Assembly (NCBI GenBank): GCA_963810355.1
Contig: CAWENU010000032.1
Coordinates: 15,641 to 79,640, forward strand
Source of the DNA: an uncultured Acidobacteriota bacterium
Lineage (GTDB): Bacteria > Acidobacteriota > Terriglobia > Acidiferrales > UBA7541
Length of the DNA: 64,000 nt
Direction: 5' to 3'
Shown: one piece after another, positions 1 through 9,403 of the stretch
Layout of the letters: each line of letters begins with the position of its first letter
How positions within the stretch are numbered: position 1 is the stretch's first letter
Translations under genes and position numbers: made by a program
The notes under the pieces: generated by a model
What the model was told of the DNA's origin: nothing
Database searches by the model: none
Seen by the model: only the letters and a program-made list of their open reading frames with translations

Positions 1-1
1 A

Positions 2-199
2 TCGCAGAGCGAGCTACCAGTCACTTTCGGTCTAGGCAAACCGGAAGACGGCAAGACCGCGACTCTCGAAATCCTCTGGCCCAGCGGCCAGAAAGATTCC
101 ATCCCCAACATCAAGCCCAATCAATTCATCACCATCAAAGAGGGCAAAGGCATAGTCACCGCCAAGCCCATCTCTCTTACAAAAGGCCCAGGGCACTAG
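2..199 (+). CDS. C-terminal end of an ASPIC/UnbV (CRTAC1-like) domain protein, truncated by the window start
   Basis: Frame 2 reads SQSELPVTFGLG...LEILWPSG...QFITIKEG, with TAG at 197-199; matches the ASPIC/UnbV SQS..FGLG..WPSG pattern. Confidence 0.75.
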   Translation, partial: SQSELPVTFGLGKPEDGKTATLEILWPSGQKDSIPNIKPNQFITIKEGKGIVTAKPISLTKGPGH

Positions 200-235
200 T
201 CACCGCAAGTAACCACAAAAGTGAGTCACCGGCCT

Positions 236-260
236 GTAGGCGCTGGGCTTTAGCCCGGCG
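236..260 (+). repeat. GTAG-type REP-like hairpin
   Basis: GTAGGCGCTGGGCTTTAGCCCGGCG; near-identical inverted copies at 41350-41374 and 44598-44622. Confidence 0.75.
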
Positions 261-288
261 TCATGCCGCGTCCTACGGCGTCGGGCCT

Positions 289-428
289 CAAGCCTGCGCA
301 AAAATCCGTTTCTTTAGGCCTGTTCTTTAGGGTGTCGGAGCTTTAGCTCCGACATAAAGTGCTCGCTCTCAAACGGGCTTCAGCCCCTGAAGAAAGCTCT
401 TTCATCGCATTTTTCCGCGACCTGCTCA
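289..428. repeat. Double-hairpin repeat (core shared with the MITEs at 4264 and 12468)
   Basis: TGTCGGAGCTTTAGCTCCGACA and CGGGCTTCAGCCCCTGA core at 333-395; flanks differ from the other two copies. Confidence 0.75.
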
Positions 429-474
429 GCCATGCCGATCCTTAGCCTCTCAGGGCTTGCCTCACAAATTGCCC

Positions 475-1095
475 CTAAAGCAAATTCAGATTGGACCGGT
501 TCTTCATCCAATCCGCATAGGGTCGCATCGCCAGAAGTGCGGCTCTTCCGCGAAGTTGCCGGAGGAATGCGCGTTCTTCTCGGGCGTCGGACGCCGACTG
601 CAGGTCACTCGCGTGTTCCCCCCGGCGGGCCAACTGAATGCCCACGTCCGCAGCCTGAACTCTGGCGCGATCTTTAACCAGGAAATCCCCGAAGGCCACT
701 GCTCCACTGATCTTGAAACCGGACTTTGCGTCTTTGTTGGCCTCCTTGATCCGCTCTCGCAGCGAACCGAGCGCCCGCTCGACGCTTTCCCGATCAAAAC
801 GAGGCGGCTTGGCGCCCGATACCGTCTCCCCGGACGGAGTCGTTATCCATTCGCCGTTTGCGTGCGCCGCCTGGACATATCCCTGCGCCTGCAGCAGGGC
901 AATCACCCGATCGGCCTCCGTGCGGTTGATCTTGAGGGTGTTCGCCAGTTCCAAAACGGTCCACGTTACCGCGCCCTTGGTGTCTTTCAGGAAACTGAGC
1001 GCAGCCTCAGCCGGAATCGATTGCGGGGCAGGTCGGCGTGCTACCGCCGGTTCTTTCGGTGATACGCAGGGCGCGCGAGGCTGTTTCCTGGCCAT
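475..1095 (-). CDS. Winged-HTH plus nucleotidyltransferase-like domain hypothetical protein
   Basis: HTH-like WTVLELANTLKINRTEADRVIALLQAQGYV; C-terminal AVAFGDFL...ADVGIQL resembles a degenerate pol-beta NTase motif; ATG at 1095 preferred as start. Confidence 0.6.
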   Translation of the reverse strand: MARKQPRAPCVSPKEPAVARRPAPQSIPAEAALSFLKDTKGAVTWTVLELANTLKINRTEADRVIALLQAQGYVQAAHANGEWITTPSGETVSGAKPPRFDRESVERALGSLRERIKEANKDAKSGFKISGAVAFGDFLVKDRARVQAADVGIQLARRGEHASDLQSASDAREERAFLRQLRGRAALLAMRPYADWMKNRSNLNLL

Positions 1096-1272
1096 CGTCA
1101 ATCGGAGACCATGAAGAATATCACGTGGTCCGCCAGCGCGCGCTCCGTTTCCGATTTCCAAATTCTCGATCCCCTGAGCCTGGAGCGGCCAACAATACTC
1201 CAACTAAATTTGCGACGCTTCCACGCCCGTAGTGGCCGATCTTTAGATCGGTCAGCGTTGGAATCCCCGAAT

Positions 1273-1313
1273 CTACAGTCATCGACACTTACAAGAAAAC
1301 GCGGGAGGGGGAT
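1273..1313 (+). repeat. Partial inverted copy of the AT-rich TAAGT..ACTTA repeat family
   Basis: ACACTTACAAGAAAACGCGGGAGGGGG matches the reverse complement of the ends at 11049-11075 and 62128-62155. Confidence 0.6.
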
Positions 1314-1394
1314 AACTCCTTGTAAATAAGCCGCGCTCCTTCCGAAGACGCCTTTTGCCGGTTCCCGCCCGCGCCTTCAGCTTCTTTCAGAGCA

Positions 1395-1423
1395 TTGTCT
1401 TGATTGAGTACTTAAGTTATACT
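1395..1423 (+). promoter_or_regulatory. Sigma70-like promoter for the ORF at 1491
   Basis: TTGTCT-N17-TATACT. Confidence 0.5.
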
Positions 1424-1490
1424 ATACATTCGTATAACGCCCGGACCGTAGTGCACCTTCTAAGCGAAACGCAGCGAAAGAGACGAACAT

Positions 1491-1967
1491 ATGAATTCCC
1501 TAACGCTTACGCAATCAGACGACAAAAGCAGGCCAACTCCCCTGACGGCAATCGCATCTAACGTCAGAGTCCTGCATCAAGTGGCCCGTCACGTGCTCCA
1601 GAGATTGCGTGGCGCCCGCAGACTCCCTCCAGCCCCACAAACATTGATCATCTTCAGCTCAGGCGATCAAGGCAAGGCTATGGACAAATTCACCCAAGAC
1701 GAGCTCGATCATCTATTCGTAGCGATGCTTCTGCACACGAAGACAACCCGCGAGGAGCAGGCTGCCTGGGTGTCGGAACGCGCTGAGATCTGGCGGAAGA
1801 TCGTCGCGGCTTCCGATAGTCCAGCGTCCGACCAGACCATCTACCGCACCAATCTCTTTAACTGTCCCGAACAGTTTCGGCGATTTTGGAAATCCCCCGA
1901 CGAGATTGAAAAGGCTTTCACCTGGCCGGTAAATACAAAGGCGAAGACCAAGAGGGCCGGACGATAA
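1491..1967 (+). CDS. Hypothetical protein (158 aa)
   Basis: ATG ORF filling the gap, preceded by a promoter-like sequence; no recognised motif. Confidence 0.5.
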   Translation: MNSLTLTQSDDKSRPTPLTAIASNVRVLHQVARHVLQRLRGARRLPPAPQTLIIFSSGDQGKAMDKFTQDELDHLFVAMLLHTKTTREEQAAWVSERAEIWRKIVAASDSPASDQTIYRTNLFNCPEQFRRFWKSPDEIEKAFTWPVNTKAKTKRAGR

Positions 1968-1998
1968 CGCGCGGGAGCAGTGCGAGACGACATCTCGC

Positions 1999-2955
1999 CT
2001 ATCCCTTTGGCGCGTAATACCCTTTCCGCGCTAAAACCTTGTAATCGTGGTTCGCCATGTCCACCTTAATCTTCCGGAACTTCCCGTCATGCGTCGCATT
2101 CGTTGGGTAGTAGCCCAGCGTGTACTGGCTCCGCAGTTCTTCCGAGATCTGGTCAAACGCCTCGGCCAAATGCTTCTCCGAGTTCGCCACGATCATGCGC
2201 CCGCCGGTCTCGTCGGTCATCTTTCTCGCGGCGCCTTGGTTCCCGCCGAAATGGGGATCCGCTACCAGCAAAATGTGGATCACGGTATCCGTCCGCTGCG
2301 CCGCCTCGATGGCTTCCTCGATACGCACCTTGCTTCCCTCGTCTTGCGCGTCAGTAACCACCACAATGGCCTTGCGGCCCGCTTCGGTATTCAGCTTCTC
2401 GTTGCAAGCCAGATAAACCGCGTCGTAGAACGCCGTTCCGGTCACATGACTCGAGGGCACCGGCCCCGGATTGATCATCCCGCCCCCCATCGGTGCGTTA
2501 ATCCGCGTCTTGCGGATCGCCCGGTCCAACTGTCCGCGATCGTCCGTAAAGTCCGACAGCAAGTCCACATCCGTGTCGAACGACATCACCAGCGCCTCAT
2601 CGCCCTTGCGCAGCACGCGGTCCAGGAATCGCCCGCCCATCTCCTGAATCGCCCCCAGCATGAATTGCTCGCTTCCCGAAGTATCCAGAAGCAGCGCCAG
2701 CGTGATCGGCATCGTCACTTCTCTAGAAAAGAACGCGATCTGCTGATCTTGCCCGTCTTCTTCTATCTTGAAGTCGGTCTGCTTCAGGTCCGTCACGATT
2801 CGCTTGTTCTTATCGCGCACCGTTGCAAACACGTTCACCAGGTTGACCTGCGTGCGGATCACCGGGCCCTGTGATTGCTGCTCCTGCGGCCACGCCGGCG
2901 CCGCCACCAACACCGCCATGACGCTAGCCGCCAGCAGCTTCTTCACTGAACGCAT
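1999..2955 (-). CDS. Secreted VWA domain protein (Acidobacterial VWFA-related type)
   Basis: Signal peptide, VNLVNVFATVRD, MIDAS DTSGS, SQYTLGYYP, RKGYYAP end. Confidence 0.9.
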   Translation of the reverse strand: MRSVKKLLAASVMAVLVAAPAWPQEQQSQGPVIRTQVNLVNVFATVRDKNKRIVTDLKQTDFKIEEDGQDQQIAFFSREVTMPITLALLLDTSGSEQFMLGAIQEMGGRFLDRVLRKGDEALVMSFDTDVDLLSDFTDDRGQLDRAIRKTRINAPMGGGMINPGPVPSSHVTGTAFYDAVYLACNEKLNTEAGRKAIVVVTDAQDEGSKVRIEEAIEAAQRTDTVIHILLVADPHFGGNQGAARKMTDETGGRMIVANSEKHLAEAFDQISEELRSQYTLGYYPTNATHDGKFRKIKVDMANHDYKVLARKGYYAPKG

Positions 2956-3136
2956 GTATACTTTCCTTGATCAGAGATGCCCGGCACGAAGTCGCTCGCT
3001 GCTGGGATGCTTCCGCTAGCGTAGGATGCCGCCAAGCGGCGCGGGGGATGTGTTTCATCCACTCGGCTGCATAGTTTGTGTTGCATTGTTTGCCCGCTAG
3101 GCTGCATCAAATCAAGTGAAGTTTGGCCTGAGGACC

Positions 3137-4267
3137 ATGAAAAGTCTACGAAAAATCGCTATCGGAACCGGTGTCGCGCTCATCCTGGCGCCTCTGGTCT
3201 TTGTTGCTGCGCAACCTCCGCAATCACCCGCGCCACTCCCGACGTCGTCCTCGCAAACCGCTCGCCCACCCGCCGCGGCCTCGCTGAGCGACGCCCAGGC
3301 CCGCATCACCGTTAATTCTAACCTCGTGGTGCTCCCCGTCACCGTCAAGGACCGTTCTGGCGAACTCGTCCCGGACCTCCGCCGCGACGAGTTCCGCGTC
3401 TTCGAGGATAACGTCGAGCAGAAAATTGACGTCTTCACCGCGGAAGCCTTTCCTCTCTCGATGGTCATTTTGATCGACAACGACTTGAAGGACAAAGACG
3501 CCGAAAAGGTGCAAGCCAGCCTGGAATCCATCATCGGCGGCATGAGCACCGAAGACGAGGCCTTTGTCTGCCGCTTCGACCAATTTTTCCACCCCGGCAA
3601 GGGTTTCACCAGCGACCAGGACAAGCTCGTGAAAGAGCTCAAGCGCACTAGTCTCGATACCGAGCCAGACGGCGCGCCTCCGGGCGCTCCCTTCGGCGGA
3701 GCCACCATCAACAATCATTCCGCGATGGATGACTCCGCGATCGACAAAGGCGAGCGCGCCATCAAGGGCCAGCCCACCAAGGCCCTCGACGACGCGGTCT
3801 TTGCGGCCGCCCAGCTCCTGCACGATCGGCCACGCAGCCGCCGCCGCGTCATCGTGCTGATCTCCGACGGGATCAACGGCGGCAAGAAGTTCAACAAAGT
3901 CAGTTCCGACGACGTCATCAAGGCGCTGCTCCACGAAAACATTTCCGTCTACAGCATCGCCGTCCCCACCGCCTACTTCGAGCGCAAGGTCTCTCCCATC
4001 GACCGCCAGCGATCGCCTCTGATTCGCTATGCGGACCATTCCGGTGGTGAGGTCTATCACGCCACGAAAGAGCAGAGTTTTGCTGAGTTTTACGCCCGTC
4101 TGACCGAGGAAGCCCGAAATCAGTACACCCTGGCCTACGTCCCGCGCGGTACCGACCCCGCCGCCGAATACCACACCATCGAAGTGCGCGTGAAGCGCGA
4201 AGGCCTCGACATCAAAACCCGCGAAGGCTACTACGCCGGCCAGGTTCCCGCCGCGCAAATCCCCTAG
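3137..4267 (+). CDS. Secreted VWA domain protein, degenerate MIDAS
   Basis: Signal peptide, NLVVLPVTVKD, DNDLK in place of DxSxS, NQYTLAYVP, REGYYA. Confidence 0.88.
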   Translation: MKSLRKIAIGTGVALILAPLVFVAAQPPQSPAPLPTSSSQTARPPAAASLSDAQARITVNSNLVVLPVTVKDRSGELVPDLRRDEFRVFEDNVEQKIDVFTAEAFPLSMVILIDNDLKDKDAEKVQASLESIIGGMSTEDEAFVCRFDQFFHPGKGFTSDQDKLVKELKRTSLDTEPDGAPPGAPFGGATINNHSAMDDSAIDKGERAIKGQPTKALDDAVFAAAQLLHDRPRSRRRVIVLISDGINGGKKFNKVSSDDVIKALLHENISVYSIAVPTAYFERKVSPIDRQRSPLIRYADHSGGEVYHATKEQSFAEFYARLTEEARNQYTLAYVPRGTDPAAEYHTIEVRVKREGLDIKTREGYYAGQVPAAQIP

Positions 4268-4417
4268 AAGTCATCTCGTTAATGCATCTCATTGGTCATC
4301 GATGCATCTCAGGGGGTCGGAGCTTTAGCTCCGACATTTAAAGCCACGCAAGATCGGGCTTCAGCCCCTGAGGAAATTCTTCTCTTTCTGTCTCGGCCAT
4401 TTATGAGAAGCCCCTAG
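4264..4417 (+). mobile_element. MITE-like element with CTAG ends
   Basis: Starts CTAGAAGTCATCTC and ends CATTTATGAGAAGCCCCTAG; closely matches the reverse complement of 12468-12600; left end overlaps the VWA stop codon. Confidence 0.75.
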
Positions 4418-4476
4418 CCGATTTCCGGTCGCCTTGTTTTTACCGCCGGTTATTTTCGAGCTCCTGCGGATTGTTC

Positions 4477-4505
4477 TTGACAGCCGCGCTCGTCGCTCGT
4501 ATACG
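4477..4505 (+). promoter_or_regulatory. Sigma70-like promoter of the sORF
   Basis: TTGACA-N17-TATACG. Confidence 0.55.
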
Positions 4506-4570
4506 AAGCGAAGAGGGTTGCTTGCGGCGACGCCAGCTCCCTCCAGAACGACAGCAGAGGGAGACTCGCG

Positions 4571-4621
4571 ATGAAGAAAAAGGCCAAGAAGGACGAGAAG
4601 GCCCCCAAAAAGGGCAAGTAG
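4571..4621 (+). CDS. 16-aa lysine-rich small protein MKKKAKKDEKAPKKGK
   Basis: AGAGGGAG RBS before the ATG, TAG at 4619-4621, promoter upstream and terminator downstream. Confidence 0.6.
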   Translation: MKKKAKKDEKAPKKGK

Positions 4622-4644
4622 TATCTGCAGCTTTCAATAGAAGT

Positions 4645-4675
4645 GGGCGCTGCGATACCCGCAGCGCCCCTTTTT
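4645..4675 (+). terminator. Intrinsic terminator
   Basis: GGGCGCTGCG-ATACC-CGCAGCGCCC 10-bp stem followed by CTTTTT. Confidence 0.75.
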
Positions 4676-4793
4676 CAGCCGTCCATCCCACTAGCAAACC
4701 GGCCTGCTCTACGCAAGATGCTCCGCGCCCTCTGTGCTCCGAACTTCGTGCCCTCTGTGTTAAATTCCGGCCCCGGCCTTTACCCCCACGCGG

Positions 4794-7769
4794 TCAAACC
4801 GAAACCTCTTCCTCATGCGCAGGACAGATCGCCTCATAAGCGCAAGTCCGGCAAGCATACCCCGGCTTAGCCGAGAACGATCCAGCCCGAATATCCGCCG
4901 CCACCTCCTGAATCACTTTCTGCGCCTCATCGAGCTGTTTGGCATTCCGTGTCGTCACCTGCGTCTGGTTGTTCTGCAAATAATGAAACACCAGCCGCAC
5001 CGGATTCAGCTCCAGAATCTCTTTCGCCGCAATCGCGTAGATGCTCAGTTGCAGGTCCCGCCGCGCATCCGCCTCTTTCCGCGACTTTCCGGTCTTGTAA
5101 TCCACAATTTCCACATCGTTCCGCCCCAGTGAGTTGATCTGATCGATTCGTCCGTTGATGATCACATTGTTCTCCAACGGCAACTCGAAGGCCTTCTCCT
5201 GCTCCAAAATCTCCGGCGGGTTCTCCAGCAAAGCCGTATGGAACGCGCGCAACTGCTCGATTCCATCCTTCTTGTACTCGCCTTCCTGGTAGTCGTCCTC
5301 AAATCCCGCGGAAGTCCATTCCGTCTCGAAAATGCGCGCCACCTCGTCAAACGGCAGCTTCACGCCCTTCCGCAGCTGATCCACAATTCGTTTGATAGTC
5401 GTATGCATCACGCTTCCATAGGTAAGCGTCGCCTGCGGCCCCTCCTTAAGGGACCACATCCGGCTAAACAGAAATTGCTGCGGGCACTTCCGGTAGTTGT
5501 CCACCGCCGATGCGCTCAATTTCAAAGGCTCCGGCGAAGGCGGATGAAACGTCTCCGCCCAATCTGCAATCTTCGAAAAGATACGCGGCCGCTGCGATAG
5601 GGAAGGGAACAGACGCCCTCCACTATTGGCTCCGTTCGCGGTACTCGCGGTTTCATCCCGTGGCCGCACTTTAGGCGCAATTTGCAACACGTCGCGGCGT
5701 TTCACCGAGGGTTCCATCAGGATATCTTCGATGAACGTGGGCACCTTGCCCTTCTTCTCCGTAAGCGTGGTAATCGTCAGCTTTCGTTCCGCGCGCGTCA
5801 GCGCCACGTAAAACAACCGCCGCTCCTCCTGGATATGAAACTGCCCGGCCGGCAACTCCTCCTTCATCAGCTTTACCGGGAATTCGAACAGCGGCAAGCG
5901 CTCCCGCGGAGGAAAAGCGCCATGATTCACGCGCAGCAAAAATACGTGCGGAAACTCAAGTCCCTTCGCTCCGTGCACGGTCATCAACTGGACGGCATCG
6001 CCCGGAGCGTCCTCGTCCAGACAAATCACACCGCCGGCCTGTTCGAAATAATCGAGGTATTCCAGAAATTCCGGGAGCGAGCGGGTATCGCTTTTCGGCT
6101 CCCAGTCCTCCAGGAACTGCGCGAGTTGGGTAACGTACCGGCGGTCCCGCAGGCCGGCCAGTTGCGGAATTTCCAGCCACTCGATGAGCGCACCCAGTAT
6201 TTCTCGCGCCGACCGCCGCTTAAGGTTTTTCCGCTGCGCCGAAGCAAACTCCAGCAATTCACTCAGCGTCGCAGCCGACGGGTTAAATGGCAATTCGGAT
6301 TGCGGCGATTGCAACGCGTCGTAAAGAGACGTCCCGCGCTTCTTCCGCGTGCGCTCTGCCAACCGCACCAGGTCCACAGGTTCCAGATGCCACGCCGGAG
6401 CGGCCAGCACCCGCGCGCAAGCAATGTCGTCGTAGGGTTTGGCAATGAGGCGCAAATATGCCAGCACATCGCGCACCAGCGGATGCTCCAGAATCGACAG
6501 CCTGGTAATGACAAACGGAATCTTCCGCCGCGAAAGCTCTTCCACCAGGCGATCGCGATGCGCATGCTGGCGGTAGAGCACGCCAAAATCGCGCCTGGGG
6601 TTTCCGGCGCGGTGTAAACGCTCCAGTTCATTGGCCACCCACATAGCTTCCTCATCCTCGGTCGCCAACTCCACCACGCGGATGCGTTCGCCTTCGGGGT
6701 GCGTCGGAGACAGCACCTTATTCGGGAAGTCCGAGCTGACTTCGTTTTGCGCGATCACCTGCGTTGCCACGCGCAGGATGTTCGGGGTGGAACGGTAGTT
6801 TTCCGTCAGCGTCACCCGATACGGCGTCAAATCCTGCCCGGTCTTCCAACCCGCAAAGCGCTCCAGGAAAAGTTTGAAGCTCCCGAACGAAGCCCCGCGA
6901 AACCGGTAAATCGCCTGATCGTTGTCACCCACCACGACGATATTTCGAGGCTCCGGGGAAAGCAGTTGCAACAATTCCAGTTGCGCGATGTTGGTGTCCT
7001 GAAACTCGTCCACCAGAATGTGTTTGTACCGCTGCTGAAAGCGCTCGCGAATTGTCCCATCCTTGCGCAGCAGCGCGACCGTCCAGGTAATCAGCGATCC
7101 AAATGAGAAATATTTCTTCTCGTTGAGCAGCTCTTCACTGGCTTTGTAAGCCCGCGCAATCTCCTTCTGCAGCGCGACGTTTTCAGCGCGCTCGGCGTAG
7201 GTATCCTCGTCCAACTGTGTTCGCTCCGCGCGCAAGTCCTCTTCGAGTTCGTCGGCGTAACGTTGAAAATCTTCGCTGGAAACCAGTTCATCCTGGCAGC
7301 GCGAGAAGAACCGCAGGAAGTCCCCCAGGAATTGCCCGGGCTCCGCCAGCCGCCGATATCTTTCCAGTTGCAGGCGCGCCATATTACGGCGCAGCAAGAT
7401 CCAGTGGTCCACATCCTCGAGCACCGTGACTTTAGGGTCGATTTCCTTCAACAACGTTTCGCAGAACGCGTGAAACGTAGCCATGGTCACGTTTCTACCG
7501 CGCTCCCCGCACGTCCTCACCACCCGCGACTTCATCTCCCCTGCAGCCTTTTTTGTATAGGTAAGCCCGAGAATGTTTTCGCCGCCCAGCGAAGGATCAG
7601 CCTCCAACAAATGGCGGATCCGCTCGGTGATGACCCGCGTCTTGCCGGTTCCGGCGCCGGCAATCACCAACAACGGCCCTTGCCCATGCGTAATGGCGCG
7701 CCGCTGCGCCTCATTCATCTGCAGCGCGCTGTCCAGCGGCTGATTAAGATCAAACAGTGTGAGATTCAC
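4794..7769 (-). CDS. UvrD/PcrA-family helicase fused to a C-terminal PD-(D/E)XK (RecB/AddB-like) nuclease
   Basis: AGAGTGKT, DEFQD, TVHGAKGLEF, EERRLFYVALTRA; nuclease GRID...VDYKTG; Cys in KCPQQF and CRTCAYEAIC. Confidence 0.92.
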   Translation of the reverse strand: MNLTLFDLNQPLDSALQMNEAQRRAITHGQGPLLVIAGAGTGKTRVITERIRHLLEADPSLGGENILGLTYTKKAAGEMKSRVVRTCGERGRNVTMATFHAFCETLLKEIDPKVTVLEDVDHWILLRRNMARLQLERYRRLAEPGQFLGDFLRFFSRCQDELVSSEDFQRYADELEEDLRAERTQLDEDTYAERAENVALQKEIARAYKASEELLNEKKYFSFGSLITWTVALLRKDGTIRERFQQRYKHILVDEFQDTNIAQLELLQLLSPEPRNIVVVGDNDQAIYRFRGASFGSFKLFLERFAGWKTGQDLTPYRVTLTENYRSTPNILRVATQVIAQNEVSSDFPNKVLSPTHPEGERIRVVELATEDEEAMWVANELERLHRAGNPRRDFGVLYRQHAHRDRLVEELSRRKIPFVITRLSILEHPLVRDVLAYLRLIAKPYDDIACARVLAAPAWHLEPVDLVRLAERTRKKRGTSLYDALQSPQSELPFNPSAATLSELLEFASAQRKNLKRRSAREILGALIEWLEIPQLAGLRDRRYVTQLAQFLEDWEPKSDTRSLPEFLEYLDYFEQAGGVICLDEDAPGDAVQLMTVHGAKGLEFPHVFLLRVNHGAFPPRERLPLFEFPVKLMKEELPAGQFHIQEERRLFYVALTRAERKLTITTLTEKKGKVPTFIEDILMEPSVKRRDVLQIAPKVRPRDETASTANGANSGGRLFPSLSQRPRIFSKIADWAETFHPPSPEPLKLSASAVDNYRKCPQQFLFSRMWSLKEGPQATLTYGSVMHTTIKRIVDQLRKGVKLPFDEVARIFETEWTSAGFEDDYQEGEYKKDGIEQLRAFHTALLENPPEILEQEKAFELPLENNVIINGRIDQINSLGRNDVEIVDYKTGKSRKEADARRDLQLSIYAIAAKEILELNPVRLVFHYLQNNQTQVTTRNAKQLDEAQKVIQEVAADIRAGSFSAKPGYACRTCAYEAICPAHEEEVSV

Positions 7770-7791
7770 ATCATCAGACTAACGGAATTCA

Positions 7792-7810
7792 AGGCGAAGA
7801 GGAAGCGAAC
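7792..7810 (-). promoter_or_regulatory. Putative LexA box upstream of the helicase-nuclease
   Basis: Minus strand GTTCGC-TTCCT-CTTCGCCT, 22 nt before the GTG start. Confidence 0.7.
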
Positions 7811-7858
7811 CCCGCCGAGATGGAAAAGTTCACTCCCAATCGCCTCGCGCGAAACGCG

Positions 7859-9037
7859 CTAACGAGTGGGGCGTGGTTTGGTGGCGTCGGATGGGGATGC
7901 GGACGCAGTTGCGGCGGCAGCCTTTACGGGTGGTTTTTCGGATTGGGCAAGTTTTTCTGGTTGCGCTGGCGCGGCGGTGTGGCCGTTGGGGCCGTGGGTT
8001 GGGGCACCGGTGGTGCCGGCTCCTGCGCTGGCGCTGCTGTCGGCTGAGGGGATGCCCAGCTTCTTGCGGAGTGCGCCTTCCAGCTTCTCGCGGATGTCTT
8101 TGTTCTCCTTGAGGAAGACGCGGGCGTTTTCGCGGCCTTGGCCCATGCGTTCGCCGCCGAAGCTGATCCACGTGCCGGATTTCTCGAGGATGCCCTTGTC
8201 GACGCCGAGATCGATGAGATCGCCTTCGCGGGAAATGCCTTCGCCGTAGAGGATGTCGAATTCGGCCTCGCGGAATGGCGCGGCTACCTTGTTCTTCACG
8301 ACTTTGCCGCGGGTGCGCGAGCCGACGACCCGATCGCCTTCTTTGATGGCCTGGATGCGGCGAATGTCGAGACGGATCGACGCGTAAAACTTCAGGGCGC
8401 GGCCGCCGGTGGTGGTTTCCGGGTTGCCGAACATCACGCCGATCTTTTCGCGGATCTGGTTGATGAAGATCAGGCAGGTGCGCGATTTCGCCACGATGCC
8501 GGTGAGTTTGCGGAGCGCCTGCGACATCAGGCGGGCTTGCAGACCCATCGATGGGTCGCCCATGTCGCCTTCGAGTTCGGCCTTGGGTACGAGCGCGGCC
8601 ACGGAATCGACTACCACGACGTCCACGCTGTTGGAGCGGATCAAGGTCTGCGCGATTTCCAAGGCCTGCTCGCCGTTATCGGGCTGCGAAACCAAAAGAT
8701 TGTCGACATCCACGCCAAGCTTACGGGCGTAGATCGGATCAAGTGCGTGCTCCGCGTCGATAAACGCGGCGATGCCACCAAGCCGTTGGGCTTCGGCGAT
8801 GACGTGCAGCGTCATGGTGGTCTTACCGCCAGATTCAGGCCCATACACTTCGACGACGCGCCCTCGTGGGAATCCGCCAACGCCCAGAGCGAGATCGAGT
8901 GAGAGGCAACCGGTGGGTATCACGCTGACGGGAACCAGCACGTCGCGGTTGCCCAGGCGCATGATCGAGCCCTTGCCGTAGTCCTTTTCAATTTGCGATA
9001 TCGCCGCTTCAATCAGCTTTGCTTTTTCGTCTGCCAT
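7859..9037 (-). CDS. recA: Recombinase A
   Basis: [48 protein letters not shown]. Confidence 0.99.
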   Translation of the reverse strand: MADEKAKLIEAAISQIEKDYGKGSIMRLGNRDVLVPVSVIPTGCLSLDLALGVGGFPRGRVVEVYGPESGGKTTMTLHVIAEAQRLGGIAAFIDAEHALDPIYARKLGVDVDNLLVSQPDNGEQALEIAQTLIRSNSVDVVVVDSVAALVPKAELEGDMGDPSMGLQARLMSQALRKLTGIVAKSRTCLIFINQIREKIGVMFGNPETTTGGRALKFYASIRLDIRRIQAIKEGDRVVGSRTRGKVVKNKVAAPFREAEFDILYGEGISREGDLIDLGVDKGILEKSGTWISFGGERMGQGRENARVFLKENKDIREKLEGALRKKLGIPSADSSASAGAGTTGAPTHGPNGHTAAPAQPEKLAQSEKPPVKAAAATASASPSDATKPRPTR

Positions 9038-9218
9038 TTCACACCTCAGTAGAGGAAAGTTTTACTGCCGAGTCCGACCTGCGCCGGGAAAGCACATTTT
9101 TGGCTCTTGGTGCGTTCACTCGTATATTACTGGCGGTATAGATTACCATTCAGTTCACTGTGGCGCTATCATTTATTTGTGCCACTTCCGCTGGTTCGTC
9201 CTGCTCGCATCCAGCGCT

Positions 9219-9260
9219 GAGATCCTTCGCGTATCCTCATCGGATACGCTCAGGATGACA
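9219..9260. repeat. Structured hairpin repeat in the recA leader (same family as 62047 and 62408)
   Basis: GAGATCCTTCGCGTATCCTCATCGGATACGCTCAGGATGACA. Confidence 0.75.
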
Positions 9261-9330
9261 GGTTTTGCTGGGCGGGCAAGTGGTCACGATCAGCTCCTGT
9301 TGAAAACGCCGAAAGCGAAGATAACAGAGT

Positions 9331-9373
9331 AGGCGAACAAAAAGCAAACATTTATTTCGCCCAGTGTTCGCCT
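9331..9373. promoter_or_regulatory. Two oppositely oriented putative LexA boxes overlapping the recA promoter
   Basis: Minus GTTTGC-TTTTT-GTTCGCCT (9331-9349) and plus TTTCGC-CCAGT-GTTCGCCT (9355-9373); TTGCTT...TGTTATCTT promoter-like sequence on minus. Confidence 0.75.
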
Positions 9374-9403
9374 CCAGCAAGACTCAGCTTGGTCAGTGTC
9401 AGT

